Origin: an uncultured Opitutales bacterium
GTDB lineage: Bacteria > Verrucomicrobiota > Verrucomicrobiia > Opitutales > Intestinicryptomonadaceae
Length of the DNA: 64,000 nt
Direction of reading: 5' to 3'
Assembly (NCBI GenBank): GCA_944389215.1
Contig: CALXLN010000088.1
Span: 24,379 to 88,378 of the forward strand
Shown piece after piece: positions 28,070-37,970 of this stretch (positions within the stretch are counted from its first letter, which is position 1; each line of letters opens with the position of its first letter). A program made the position numbers and the translations under genes. The notes beneath the pieces were generated by a model. The model saw only the letters and a list, made by a program, of their open reading frames with translations, did not search any database and was not told the origin of the DNA.

Positions 28070-29323
28070 TTATAGCTCGTTTTCCAACATCTGTTCCAAT
28101 GTCTGGCGTTTGCGGATTAGCTTTAATGAGCCGTCCTTGCAAAGCATTACTTCGGGAGATGCAGGGTAGGAGTTGTAGTTTGAAGTGCTCATGGAACTGC
28201 AATATGCGCCGGCTCCGCCAATTATGCAGTAGTCGCCTATTTCCGCCTTTTGCATTTCGCGCGGAGAAAGCCCTTCGGGATCTCCGGGAGCGGGGGTTAG
28301 AATGTCGCCGCTTTCGCAGCAGTGCCCGCATACAATATATTCTGCCGTCTCGCTTCTCGGCTCTTTGGAAAGTATTGATATGTGATGCTGGGCGCCGTAT
28401 ATTGAAGGGCGCAAAATGTCCGTCATTCCGGAGTTTAACTTTAAAAACTTGTATCCATGCGGTCCAGTATCGCACATGTCCTGGACGGTCGCGAGAACCG
28501 CAGCGCTGTTTGCAAGAAGGAATGTTCCGGGCTCTATTTCAAACTTTAGCTTTCTTCCGGTCTTTTGGGCGAACTCCTCTATCAATTTGGCTATAGGGGT
28601 TCCGATTTCAATCAAGTCTGTTGAATGTTCGCCGGATACTCTGGCTACTTTGTATCCGCCGCCCATATTCAGCGTGTCGACGTCCGGAAACTTGGCTACG
28701 TTGTCGAGATTCATTTTTGCGACTTTTTGCCAGACTTTGGGGTCTGATCCGGATCCTATGTGCGTATGTATGCGGACTATTTTTAGGCCGTATTTTTGCG
28801 CGGTTTCTTTTATCTTGTCCGCGTATTCATGCCAAATTCCGAATGATGACGCCGGCCCGCCTACATTTGTTCTGTTTGTGCTTCCAGAGCCTAATCCGGC
28901 GTTTATTCTTACTCCAACTTCAGTTCCTGGGGCGACTTTCCCGTATTCTTCCAGCTGGCGGAAAGAGCAGGCGTTGTATTTTACCCCGGATTCAACTATT
29001 TCCTTTAAGTTGCCGGGCAGCTGCTGCGATGACAGGCTTATGTGTTCTGCGGGGATTCCTGCAAGCATAGCCCGCTTTACTTCGTAAGCGCTAGAGGCGT
29101 CTATTTGCAGCCCTAGAGAGTAAAAAAGCTTAAGTATTTCCTTGTTAGAGGCGGCTTTCATCGCGTAGCGCACCGTAAGCCCGAAGGCGTTGGGGAAGGC
29201 TAGGGCTTTTTTTGCCTGTTCTTCCAAAGCGGCTTCGTTGTAAACGTAGCACGGGGTTGAAAACTGTCTGGCGATTTTATCGGCCGTTTTCCAATTTAGG
29301 AATTGTGTCTTTTCAATATTCAT
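28070..29323 (-). CDS. lysA: Diaminopimelate decarboxylase
   Basis: YAMKA (PLP Lys), HTHIGSG, NMGGG, EPGTFL, CESGDIL, GAY, NYNS. Start ATG 29323. Confidence 0.92.
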   Translation of the reverse strand: MNIEKTQFLNWKTADKIARQFSTPCYVYNEAALEEQAKKALAFPNAFGLTVRYAMKAASNKEILKLFYSLGLQIDASSAYEVKRAMLAGIPAEHISLSSQQLPGNLKEIVESGVKYNACSFRQLEEYGKVAPGTEVGVRINAGLGSGSTNRTNVGGPASSFGIWHEYADKIKETAQKYGLKIVRIHTHIGSGSDPKVWQKVAKMNLDNVAKFPDVDTLNMGGGYKVARVSGEHSTDLIEIGTPIAKLIEEFAQKTGRKLKFEIEPGTFLLANSAAVLATVQDMCDTGPHGYKFLKLNSGMTDILRPSIYGAQHHISILSKEPRSETAEYIVCGHCCESGDILTPAPGDPEGLSPREMQKAEIGDYCIIGGAGAYCSSMSTSNYNSYPASPEVMLCKDGSLKLIRKRQTLEQMLENEL

Positions 29324-29348
29324 AAAAAATCGAAGCGATTTTGCACTA

Positions 29349-31079
29349 TTATCGGATTTTGTCAACCGCATCGATAATCAAAGATTGCGTTAATATTGAA
29401 GGCAGCACTTGCGGCGATTTCGGCTCCTTGTGCCCGTATAACAAGTTTAAAGGTACTCCGGCGCGCCCGAACTTTTCAAGCTCTTTTGTTATTAGCGGAT
29501 TCTTGTTTGTCCAATCTCCTACGAGAATTTCTATGTTATTGTCCCGAAAAAGCTTTTCAACCGCAGCAGAATGTAGAACTTGCTTGTTGTATTGGCAGGT
29601 TAGGCACCAAGACGCAGTAAAGTCAACATATACATTTTTGCCTTCCTTGAGCAATTTCTCTTGGAGTTCGGGGGTCCATGCGCGCGCCGATTCTTTTGCA
29701 GAAACATTTTCCGGCTCCCTTTGGGCAAGCGCGCCGCGGTAGGATACAAATACCGACGCCGCCGCAGCAAGCGCGAACGCCGAGAGGGCTAGGAAGCGTT
29801 TTAGCCGGCTAAAATGCGGCATATAGTACATTCCGAAGACTCTTGCCCCTATTGCTAAAATGAGCAGAGCCGATAGAATCGCTACTAGATTTTCCGTTTG
29901 TTTTGAATACACCCAGACAAGCCATATGACTGTGGCAAACAACGGTATTGACAGCACTTGCTTAAGAATATCCATCCATGCTCCAGGGCGCGGCATTGAG
30001 CGCGCCAATGCGGGTATTGCTGACAGTATCACATACGGAGCAGCCATCCCGAGACCTATCATTGCAAAAACTCCCAAGCAAAGCGCGTTTGAGGCGTCGG
30101 CAGCCAGCGCCGCTCCCACAGCAGAACCCATGAATGGCGCAGTGCATGGGCTTGCAACCAATACTGCAAGCACGCCCGAAAGCGCCGCGGAGAGATATTT
30201 TTTTAACGCGGATTTTTTTGAAATGTCTTTTTGCGCGGAGCCTCCGGCGAATCCAGCCCCGATTTCAAACACTCCCGCAAAGCTCAGCGCCATAGCAAAA
30301 AACAACAGGGCCATCAGGCTGGCGAATACCGGGTTCTGAAGCTGAAATCCCCATCCTAAATTCTCCCCCAGGGACCTGAATGTAAGCAGTATCCCCGCAA
30401 GCACGAGAAAACTTGCCACGATTCCAAGCGAATAAAAGAGCGCTCCGGTTAAAACCGATTTTTTTGAATTATTCGCGCCTTCTGCGAAAGATATTATTTT
30501 TAAGCCTATCACGGGGAAAACGCACGGCATAAGGTTTAATATGGCGCCTCCGACAAATGCTGCAGCCAGTATGGTCCACAATAGAGATTTTCCCGAAGCC
30601 GCAGCCTCGGAGGCTGCGGCTTCGCTTTTGATTTGTTTTATGGATACATGCAGCGTTTTTTCTCCGGGGATGCATAAATCCGAGCAGGCAAGCCATTTTA
30701 TTTCAGCGGAAATTTCCGCGGGCGAGGATTCGGCTATTTTATCCGGCGCGCATATTTCGGCGGCTGCGGAGAAATCGCGCGAATATCCCAATCCTTCCAT
30801 CCCAAGAGCCTCAAACTTTTCGGGCGTAGGAAATTTTATGCCTTTCAACTTGTAGCCGGCGGGGAGGGATAGCTCTATGGTGGTGGGTTGTCCCATTTCG
30901 GTTTCGTTGGCGGAATATATGTGAAAGCCTTGGGGAATTGAGAATTTAAAATCTATGGTAAAATTTTGTCCGGCGCGAATCTCGCCTGATTCCGGCGACA
31001 TCGAAACTCCAACTTCGCCCTTGGCGGATGCGAGGGCGCATGAAAATAAAAGAATTATTAGAAATACCGTCTTATTCAT
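29349..31079 (-). CDS. dsbD: Thiol:disulfide interchange protein, DsbD family
   Basis: N-terminal Ig-like domain with CSDLC, TM domain with MPCVFP and PCTAP, C-terminal thioredoxin WCLTC. Confidence 0.9.
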   Translation of the reverse strand: MNKTVFLIILLFSCALASAKGEVGVSMSPESGEIRAGQNFTIDFKFSIPQGFHIYSANETEMGQPTTIELSLPAGYKLKGIKFPTPEKFEALGMEGLGYSRDFSAAAEICAPDKIAESSPAEISAEIKWLACSDLCIPGEKTLHVSIKQIKSEAAASEAAASGKSLLWTILAAAFVGGAILNLMPCVFPVIGLKIISFAEGANNSKKSVLTGALFYSLGIVASFLVLAGILLTFRSLGENLGWGFQLQNPVFASLMALLFFAMALSFAGVFEIGAGFAGGSAQKDISKKSALKKYLSAALSGVLAVLVASPCTAPFMGSAVGAALAADASNALCLGVFAMIGLGMAAPYVILSAIPALARSMPRPGAWMDILKQVLSIPLFATVIWLVWVYSKQTENLVAILSALLILAIGARVFGMYYMPHFSRLKRFLALSAFALAAAASVFVSYRGALAQREPENVSAKESARAWTPELQEKLLKEGKNVYVDFTASWCLTCQYNKQVLHSAAVEKLFRDNNIEILVGDWTNKNPLITKELEKFGRAGVPLNLLYGHKEPKSPQVLPSILTQSLIIDAVDKIR

Positions 31080-31211
31080 ATATTGTTGTTTAAAATGTTG
31101 ACAATTCGGCTAAGAATAAAGATTTTCTTTAGCTAGGAAAGATAGGTGGCGGTTAAGGAAAGCGCAACCGTTAAAATTGTAATCGGAATTTTTTTAAACG
31201 GGTTTTAACAT

Positions 31212-32228
31212 ATGGCAGGAATAAAAGCACTTCTCTCAAACGACATAGGCATTGACTTGGGCACGGCAAACACCCTTGTTTACGCAAAAGACTCCGGCGT
31301 GATAATGAGCGAACCAAGCGTGGTCGCCGTATACAACAATACTAAAAAAGTCGTGGCAGTCGGAACGAAGGCAAAAAAGATGCTCGGTAAAACTCCCGGC
31401 AATATTACCGCGATACGTCCCATGAAACTCGGGGTTATAGCCGACTTTGAGATAACCGAAATAATGTTGCGCTACTTTATTGAAAAAGCCGCCAAGCAAT
31501 GGAAATTTATAGCTCCCAGGGTGGTTGTGGCGGTGCCGTCCGGCATTACGGAGGTCGAGCGCCGCGCAGTGCAGGAGTCTGCCATACACGCGGGCGCCCG
31601 TTCGGTATGCTTGAAAGACGAACCCTTGATGGCCGCCATAGGCGTGGGCCTCCCCATTGAGGAGCCAAACGCCAGTATGATTGTGGATATCGGCGGCGGA
31701 ACAACCGAAGTTGCCATCATATCCTTGGCGAATGTAGTTTACTCCAAGAGCGTCCGCATAGGCGGCGACGCCTTCGACAATTGCATTGTCCAGTATATGA
31801 AGCGCGCTTACAACCTCATTATTGGCGAGCGCACCGCCGAAGAAATAAAAATAAACATAGGCTCTGCCTTCAAGCTCGACGAAGAGCTCACGTGGGAGGT
31901 AAAAGGGCGCGATTCCGTAGCCGGGCTCCCAAAAACTTTGTATGTAACATCCCAGGAGATACGCGAAGCTTTGGCTGAGGCGTTTAAGGAAATAACCGAT
32001 CTGATAAGAGAGGCTTTGGAACAATGCCCGCCCGAATTGAGCGCCGATCTCGTCGACAGGGGAATCGTTCTGGCGGGCGGCGGCGCGCTTATACGAAATA
32101 TCAGCCTGCTTATAAGCGACGCCACGGGGTTGCCGTGTTTTGTCGCCGACGATCCTCTTCGCGCGGTGGTAAACGGAACCGGCGTCGTTCTTCAAAACTA
32201 CGAATTCTGGGCTAAAGAAAACTCCTAA
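31212..32228 (+). CDS. mreB: Rod shape-determining protein MreB
   Basis: GIDLGTANT, VDIGGGTTE, IGERTAE, LAGGGAL. Confidence 0.97.
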   Translation: MAGIKALLSNDIGIDLGTANTLVYAKDSGVIMSEPSVVAVYNNTKKVVAVGTKAKKMLGKTPGNITAIRPMKLGVIADFEITEIMLRYFIEKAAKQWKFIAPRVVVAVPSGITEVERRAVQESAIHAGARSVCLKDEPLMAAIGVGLPIEEPNASMIVDIGGGTTEVAIISLANVVYSKSVRIGGDAFDNCIVQYMKRAYNLIIGERTAEEIKINIGSAFKLDEELTWEVKGRDSVAGLPKTLYVTSQEIREALAEAFKEITDLIREALEQCPPELSADLVDRGIVLAGGGALIRNISLLISDATGLPCFVADDPLRAVVNGTGVVLQNYEFWAKENS

Positions 32229-32246
32229 CCTAAAGGGAGGCGGACT

Positions 32247-33083
32247 TTGGCTTGGCGCGACGTTTCATCTGTCAGAAATTTGGCGATTTTCCTTTGTGCG
32301 ATTGCCGCGTGCGTTCTTGCGCCTTCTGTGGTCAGGCACTTTGTGGACGGCTTGTTTGAAGAGTTTCGCGCGCCTATCGACGCAATTCCTTCGCAGCTTA
32401 ACGATTTAGGAAAGTATTGGAGCCTTCATTCAAATTCCAAGCGATCGCTAATCGAGGCGGGGCGCGATTTAGCCCGCATAAATTCGGCTTACGAGCTGAA
32501 AATGCTCGAGAACAAAAATCTCCAGGACCGCGTTGCCCGCTACGAGGACATATTAAATCTTCCGCCCGAAGACAGCTACAAGTTTGAAGTTGCAAGGATT
32601 GCCCGCCGCGATATCAACGCATGGTGGCAGCAGATGGTAATTCGCAAAGGGCGGGTCCACGGGATAAAAGAGGGCTACGCAGTAATTTATTCGGGCGGTG
32701 TCGTCGGAAGAATCGCAAAAGCGAATTTGTATACTTCGGTGGTGGAGCTTGTCAGCAGCCGCAATTTCAGGATGGCGGCGCACTTTGACGGAGAGGACCG
32801 GCCCGTCATATACCAGGGAGCCGGCGCGGTCTCTTTGCAAGACGCAAAAGGAGAGGTTCGCGATGTTCCGGGAGATGTGCGCGCGAGCGTTTCCGAGCCT
32901 AGGCTTTTGGTTACGTCGGCACTTACAGGCACTTTCCCCGAGGGAATTAGAATAGGGGAGGTTGTGGATCTATCCCTGGGTGCGGACGGCCTTTTTAAGT
33001 CAGGGACAGTACGGTTGGGGCGCGCTCTTTCAACCTTGCGCGAGGTTACGGTTTTGATACCAATTTCGGAAATCGGGAAGTAG
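32247..33083 (+). CDS. mreC: Rod shape-determining protein MreC
   Basis: TTG start with GGAGG RBS; TM plus coiled coil; GVVGRI, VTSALTGTFPEGIRIG; synteny. Confidence 0.9.
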   Translation: MAWRDVSSVRNLAIFLCAIAACVLAPSVVRHFVDGLFEEFRAPIDAIPSQLNDLGKYWSLHSNSKRSLIEAGRDLARINSAYELKMLENKNLQDRVARYEDILNLPPEDSYKFEVARIARRDINAWWQQMVIRKGRVHGIKEGYAVIYSGGVVGRIAKANLYTSVVELVSSRNFRMAAHFDGEDRPVIYQGAGAVSLQDAKGEVRDVPGDVRASVSEPRLLVTSALTGTFPEGIRIGEVVDLSLGADGLFKSGTVRLGRALSTLREVTVLIPISEIGK

Positions 33084-33090
33084 GCGTGGA

Positions 33091-33618
33091 ATGATAAAAA
33101 CTTTCGACATAAAAATACCTCTGATTCTGCTGCTGAATTTGTTGTATGTGTTTATTTTGTCCACGTTAAATACCGAAATTTCCCCATATGTCTATGTAAT
33201 GCTTCCGGCAGTTTTTATTGTGCCGCCGGCTTTATTTTTAAATTTCGCGCCCGCTATGTTTGTAGTGGCTTTTTCTGCATTGATAAACGAGGTCGTGATG
33301 CCTGTTCGAACAGGGCTGGTATGCGCGCTTTGGCTAGTTTGCGCGTATGTGGTGCATAATCAAAGGTTCAGATTTAGGAATTTTGACACGTTTTCGATAA
33401 TATCGCTAATGCTTGTTCTGAATTTTTGCATTCTTTTTTTATACGCGCTGCTTCTGCCCAACGGCTGTGCCGGCGTAGCGGAATATTTTTATAGGGTTGC
33501 GATTGATATTTCGATTTCGTCGGCGGTATTGATTGCGGTTGCAAAGTTTACGGTTTCGCTGCCTGCCGACATAATGCGTTTCTTGGGGGCTGACATTTCG
33601 GTCGCGGAGGGAGATTGA
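33091..33618 (+). CDS. mreD: Probable MreD
   Basis: 175-aa polytopic membrane protein between mreC and PBP2; call rests on synteny. Confidence 0.65.
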   Translation: MIKTFDIKIPLILLLNLLYVFILSTLNTEISPYVYVMLPAVFIVPPALFLNFAPAMFVVAFSALINEVVMPVRTGLVCALWLVCAYVVHNQRFRFRNFDTFSIISLMLVLNFCILFLYALLLPNGCAGVAEYFYRVAIDISISSAVLIAVAKFTVSLPADIMRFLGADISVAEGD

Positions 33619-35537
33619 TGGAAAACGAAGGCGGCCAGACCTATTCCAAGTATAATCCGCGCATACCTATATTTTATTGGGTGTTTTCGTTGGCATATTT
33701 GATTTTGATTGTCGCGCTCGGGTATCGGCAGATTTATCTTTATGATTATTACCAGACCCGCGGACAGCGCCAAAGTATGCGCCGCGTAATAGAACCCGGC
33801 ACTCGCGGGGACATATTCGATAGGAACGGAAAACTTCTTGTGGCAAACCAGCCGCAATTTTCGGCGGTCGTATATTTTAACGACGTGCGAAAAGAGTTTC
33901 GGGAGGAATATACCCGCCTAAAAAAGGAAATAATGGCGAGCAATCCTTCGGGCGAATTCGATTACGAAGCAATGCGCGATATTTCTTACAAGGCCCGCCT
34001 GAATGTTTTAAACGGGTACATAGACCAGATAAACAGACTCTTGGGTACTGATTACAAACTCGCCCAAAAGGATTTTAACAGGCATTTTAACGAGCGCGGC
34101 CTATTGCCTTTCCCGCTGGTAAAAAATCTCACCGCGCGCGAACACGCGATATTGGCGGAAAAAATCCCCGTAAATTCTCCAATTCAAATATACACAGACA
34201 CTGGCAGATATTATCCCTACGGCGAGCTCGCCGCGCACGCCCTGGGATATGTAGGCAACAACTTCGACGATATAGACACTTCCGGAATTCCTGGAGAGGA
34301 GTTGATGACTTATATGCAAGTCGGAAAAATAGGGCGTTCCGGAATCGAGCGCGCATTTGACGAAAAGCTTACCGGAAAAAGCGGTGTAAAAATATGGATT
34401 GTAGATTTGGACGGGTATCAATATGAAAGCGTTGTGGATGTAAAACCCACGAAAGGCGAAAGCATTGTTACTTCGCTGGATATAGACTTGCAGGGAGCCG
34501 TTGAGGATGCCTTTGCCGACCGAAAGGGCGCAGCTGTAATTTTGGATGTTAAAACGGGGGAGGTCTTGTCGCTCGTGAGCCGCCCCAGTTACGATCCCAA
34601 CACTTTGTCTCCGTTTATCACCAACAAAGTCTACAAGGAAATTAGCGACCGCGGCGCTTGGCTTAACCGCGCCACACAAGGGCTTTATCCTCCCGGTTCC
34701 ACTTTTAAAATCGTAACCGCATGCGCCGCGCTTATGACCGGCGTAATCGAGCCCGATTCGATAAAGACTTGCACTGGGCGGTATAAGGTCGGCAATAGAA
34801 TGTTCCCTTGCAACAACCATTACGGACACGGGAATTTGGATTTAAAGGGAGCTTTGAAAAACAGCTGCAACGTATATTTTTACGAAGCCGCCCTGGATTC
34901 TGGAAGCGCGGCCATAACTGCCACTGCAAAAGATTTCGGCTTGGATTCCAACACGGGAATCGAGATAGGCGACAGTTCCCGCACGATAGTTTCATCGCCG
35001 GACTTTAAAAAGCGCCGCCGTTCTTTGGAAGGCCCATGGAATGCTGGAGACACTGCGAATATGTCAATAGGCCAGGGATATCTTTTGCAGACTCCGATTC
35101 AAATGGCCTGCATGACAGCTTCCTTTGCGCGCGGGGAAACGCGCACAAGGGCCTCGATAATACACGATCCAAACCGCAAAACTGATATGGAATATCACGG
35201 CGGGGAAAAGTTGGCGCTGTCCGCCGAACAGTACCGCGCCATATGGCAGGGCATGGTCGATGCGGTGGAGAGCGGAACGGCGCGCAGGGCAAAAGTAGAG
35301 GGGGTTGCGATTGCTGCAAAGAGCGGCACGGCGCAAGTCTCGGTGCAGGGCAAGAAGCTTACTTTGGCGTGGATGGTGGCCTTTGCCCCCGCAGAAAATC
35401 CGGAGGTTGCGATGAGCGTCGTGATAGAAGGCGAAGAGGCTGGGGATGCTGCCGGCGGGAGAACTGCGGGCCCCATAGTCAAGGCGGCTATGCGGAAGTA
35501 TTTTGAAAAAAATTTGAAAGTCATAAATCCCCAGTAA
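33618..35537 (+). CDS. mrdA: Penicillin-binding protein 2
   Basis: RGDIFDRNG, STFK (SxxK), SCN (SxN), KSGT; TGATG coupling to mreD. Confidence 0.93.
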   Translation: MENEGGQTYSKYNPRIPIFYWVFSLAYLILIVALGYRQIYLYDYYQTRGQRQSMRRVIEPGTRGDIFDRNGKLLVANQPQFSAVVYFNDVRKEFREEYTRLKKEIMASNPSGEFDYEAMRDISYKARLNVLNGYIDQINRLLGTDYKLAQKDFNRHFNERGLLPFPLVKNLTAREHAILAEKIPVNSPIQIYTDTGRYYPYGELAAHALGYVGNNFDDIDTSGIPGEELMTYMQVGKIGRSGIERAFDEKLTGKSGVKIWIVDLDGYQYESVVDVKPTKGESIVTSLDIDLQGAVEDAFADRKGAAVILDVKTGEVLSLVSRPSYDPNTLSPFITNKVYKEISDRGAWLNRATQGLYPPGSTFKIVTACAALMTGVIEPDSIKTCTGRYKVGNRMFPCNNHYGHGNLDLKGALKNSCNVYFYEAALDSGSAAITATAKDFGLDSNTGIEIGDSSRTIVSSPDFKKRRRSLEGPWNAGDTANMSIGQGYLLQTPIQMACMTASFARGETRTRASIIHDPNRKTDMEYHGGEKLALSAEQYRAIWQGMVDAVESGTARRAKVEGVAIAAKSGTAQVSVQGKKLTLAWMVAFAPAENPEVAMSVVIEGEEAGDAAGGRTAGPIVKAAMRKYFEKNLKVINPQ

Positions 35538-35622
35538 AGCGCGCATAGTATTTCCGGAGTTATTAAATTTGCGGTTGACGCCGTTTTTTGTTTATAATAA
35601 TTCCGTTCAAAGAGGTTTTGTT

Positions 35623-37221
35623 ATGGCTTTTAGGTCTCTGTTAAAAATTTTTTTGGTTTTTTTGTGCGGTTTCCATGCCGGAGAAGTTTTTGCGCGCAGT
35701 CCCGAAAATTTAGTTTCCGCGCCGAAAGGCAATTCTGCCTCGGCCGCGGCGCATAAATTGGAAGCGCCCTGTTTTAAAGGGAATTCGATTATAATAAACG
35801 AGGATAACGACCACTTCTTCAAGGGCCGCCCCGAAGATATGACCGAAAAAGGACTGCGCGATTACATCGCTAAATTTTACTGCGGAAAAATAACGCACAT
35901 GTTTATGTGCCCAAACGGGCAGCGCACCAGCTATAAGTCAGAGGCGCACGAAGCAATCTGGGAGTGCGCCCCCGACGCTCCGCATAGGAGCATATGGTGC
36001 GACAACTGCAAGCGTCTCTACGATTCAGGAATAGACCCCTATACCGTGTGGATCGACGAGTGCAGAAAGCAAAAAATATCGCCTTGGATTACTGTGAGAA
36101 TGAATGATGTCCATTTTGTTACAATTCCGGGCTATTTTAGAAGTATGGACTATTGGCGAAACCATCCGGAGCTTTGGCGTGTGCCGAACAAGGATTTGCG
36201 CAAAGGCGGGCCTTGGACGGATTTTGCCTTCAACTATGCAAAAAAAGAGGTGCGCGATTTTCAGTTCTCCCTCATAAAGGAATTATTTGAACGCTACGAT
36301 TTTGACGGGATAGAACTGGACTGGATGCGGTTCGGAGCGCATTTGACTCCCGGAAAAGGGATGGAGGAATCTGAAATTTTGACTCGGTTTGTGAGAGATG
36401 TAAGGCGTTTGGCGGACGGCTGGGAAAAGAAGCGCGGCCATTCGATAAAAATATCCGTTCGCGTTCCTGCCACAATAGCGGCGTCCAAATATTCCGGGTT
36501 GGACGCAGTGGAATGGGCTAAATTAGGGTATGTGGATTTAATCGTTCCCAGCTGTTTTTTTGAGACGGCGGATTTCGACATTCCCTCCGAAGAATGGCGC
36601 AAAAATATAGCAGGTTCGGGAAAAAATGTGCAAATAGCCCCCGCTGCCGACAACGGAGTCTGCGCATATCCGGGACAGAAGCGCTCGCCGGTGGATTGGG
36701 CTCTTTTGAACGGATGGGCTTCTAACTCATACGCGCGCGGGGCGGATTTTCTTTACATCTTTAATTTGCCCTACAATCCTGCCCTTTTCAGGCAAGTGGC
36801 AGAGCACGGGTTGTCGCGCGAAGACGCTGTGCTGCGCGCGCGCAGGCATCCTTTGACCTTTAGGGATTTTCAAGAGCGCAGGACGCGCGAAGACATGGAA
36901 ATAGCGTTGCCAAAGTCTTCTCCGTGCAAGCTTAAAATTTTTGTCGGCGGCAAGGCTCCGGAAGGTTCTACGGTTAGCGTCGTTCTAGGTTTTGAGCGCG
37001 AGGGAATCGCCGCATCCGGGCTGAAGGTGCGCCTAAACGGACAAGAATGCACGTCTTGCGGCAAGGCGAAACTTAGTCTGGACAATTACGGAACGTCTAA
37101 AACCGCCTTGCGTTTCGACTTCCCGCGCGATTCCCTCATAGCCGGTTACAATGAAATTTCCGTGGATTCGGCTATTGCCGGGCGAATCTTTTGGGCGGAA
37201 ATTGCCGTAGATTTTGATTGA
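35623..37221 (+). CDS. Secreted glycoside-hydrolase-like TIM-barrel protein (GHL10-like)
   Basis: Signal peptide, RMNDVH, FNYAKKEVR, YDFDGIELDWMR, C-terminal beta-sandwich. Confidence 0.7.
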   Translation: MAFRSLLKIFLVFLCGFHAGEVFARSPENLVSAPKGNSASAAAHKLEAPCFKGNSIIINEDNDHFFKGRPEDMTEKGLRDYIAKFYCGKITHMFMCPNGQRTSYKSEAHEAIWECAPDAPHRSIWCDNCKRLYDSGIDPYTVWIDECRKQKISPWITVRMNDVHFVTIPGYFRSMDYWRNHPELWRVPNKDLRKGGPWTDFAFNYAKKEVRDFQFSLIKELFERYDFDGIELDWMRFGAHLTPGKGMEESEILTRFVRDVRRLADGWEKKRGHSIKISVRVPATIAASKYSGLDAVEWAKLGYVDLIVPSCFFETADFDIPSEEWRKNIAGSGKNVQIAPAADNGVCAYPGQKRSPVDWALLNGWASNSYARGADFLYIFNLPYNPALFRQVAEHGLSREDAVLRARRHPLTFRDFQERRTREDMEIALPKSSPCKLKIFVGGKAPEGSTVSVVLGFEREGIAASGLKVRLNGQECTSCGKAKLSLDNYGTSKTALRFDFPRDSLIAGYNEISVDSAIAGRIFWAEIAVDFD

Positions 37222-37327
37222 TGCGCGGAAAACGGAGGTGTCGGGTTTTGGGGGAAGATTCGTAATTTTGACTTGCTCGTTCCTGTTTTTTTTGTTTTGT
37301 AAAACACTTCTTTAAGAAAGGAATTTT

Positions 37328-37945
37328 ATGTTTACCGGAATAGTTGAAGCGACCGGAAAGGTTGTGTCGTTCAAGGAAAATAAAGCCGCATGGCTTTTAA
37401 AGTTGGAGGTTCCGCATGAGATAGCGGATTCCCTGGGAGACGGAGATTCGCTCGCTTGCAACGGATGCTGTTTGACGTTGATTTCCAAAGAGGGCAATGT
37501 GCTAGGCTTTGAACTTCTAGAGGAGACAATACGGCTAACGAGTTTCGAGGGAATAAAAGAGGGGTCGCTTATAAACCTTGAGCGCCCGCTGTCCGCAAAT
37601 GCGCGTTTGGGCGGACATTTTGTTAGCGGGCATGTCGACGTTCGCAGCTCTGTTTTGGATTTTGAACAGCGCGGAAAAAATTACTATATGAGAGTTGCCG
37701 TGCCTTCGGAATTCACAAAATATGTCGTCTACAAGGGAAGCATTTCGATAGATGGAATTTCTCTTACAATAGCCGAAGCCCTGCCGGATTCTCTCGCAGT
37801 ATGGCTTATTCCGCATACTCTTGAGGTTACAAATTTGAGAGACTGCAAGGCGGGTAAATTCGTAAATTTGGAATTCGACATACTTGCAAAATATGTCGAA
37901 AAGATAGCTTCAGGCAATCGTGAGAAATCCCCTTATCAGCCGTAA
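37328..37945 (+). CDS. ribE: Riboflavin synthase (alpha chain)
   Basis: N-terminal MFTGIVE, NGCCLT, GGHFVSGHVD, KGSISIDGISLT, VNLEFD. Confidence 0.96.
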   Translation: MFTGIVEATGKVVSFKENKAAWLLKLEVPHEIADSLGDGDSLACNGCCLTLISKEGNVLGFELLEETIRLTSFEGIKEGSLINLERPLSANARLGGHFVSGHVDVRSSVLDFEQRGKNYYMRVAVPSEFTKYVVYKGSISIDGISLTIAEALPDSLAVWLIPHTLEVTNLRDCKAGKFVNLEFDILAKYVEKIASGNREKSPYQP

Positions 37946-37970
37946 AACGCGCGGATTTGTAGTCCGCAAA

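Noticed and set aside
31098-31130. Sigma70 promoter for mreB at TTGACA 31098
   Set aside because: The -35 is perfect but there is no convincing -10 at 16-18 nt spacing
31236-32195. 319-aa antisense ORF over mreB
   Set aside because: Shadow frame of a conserved gene with biased codons; no motifs
37222-37327. FMN riboswitch upstream of ribE
   Set aside because: Gap is short and lacks recognisable RFN-element conserved blocks
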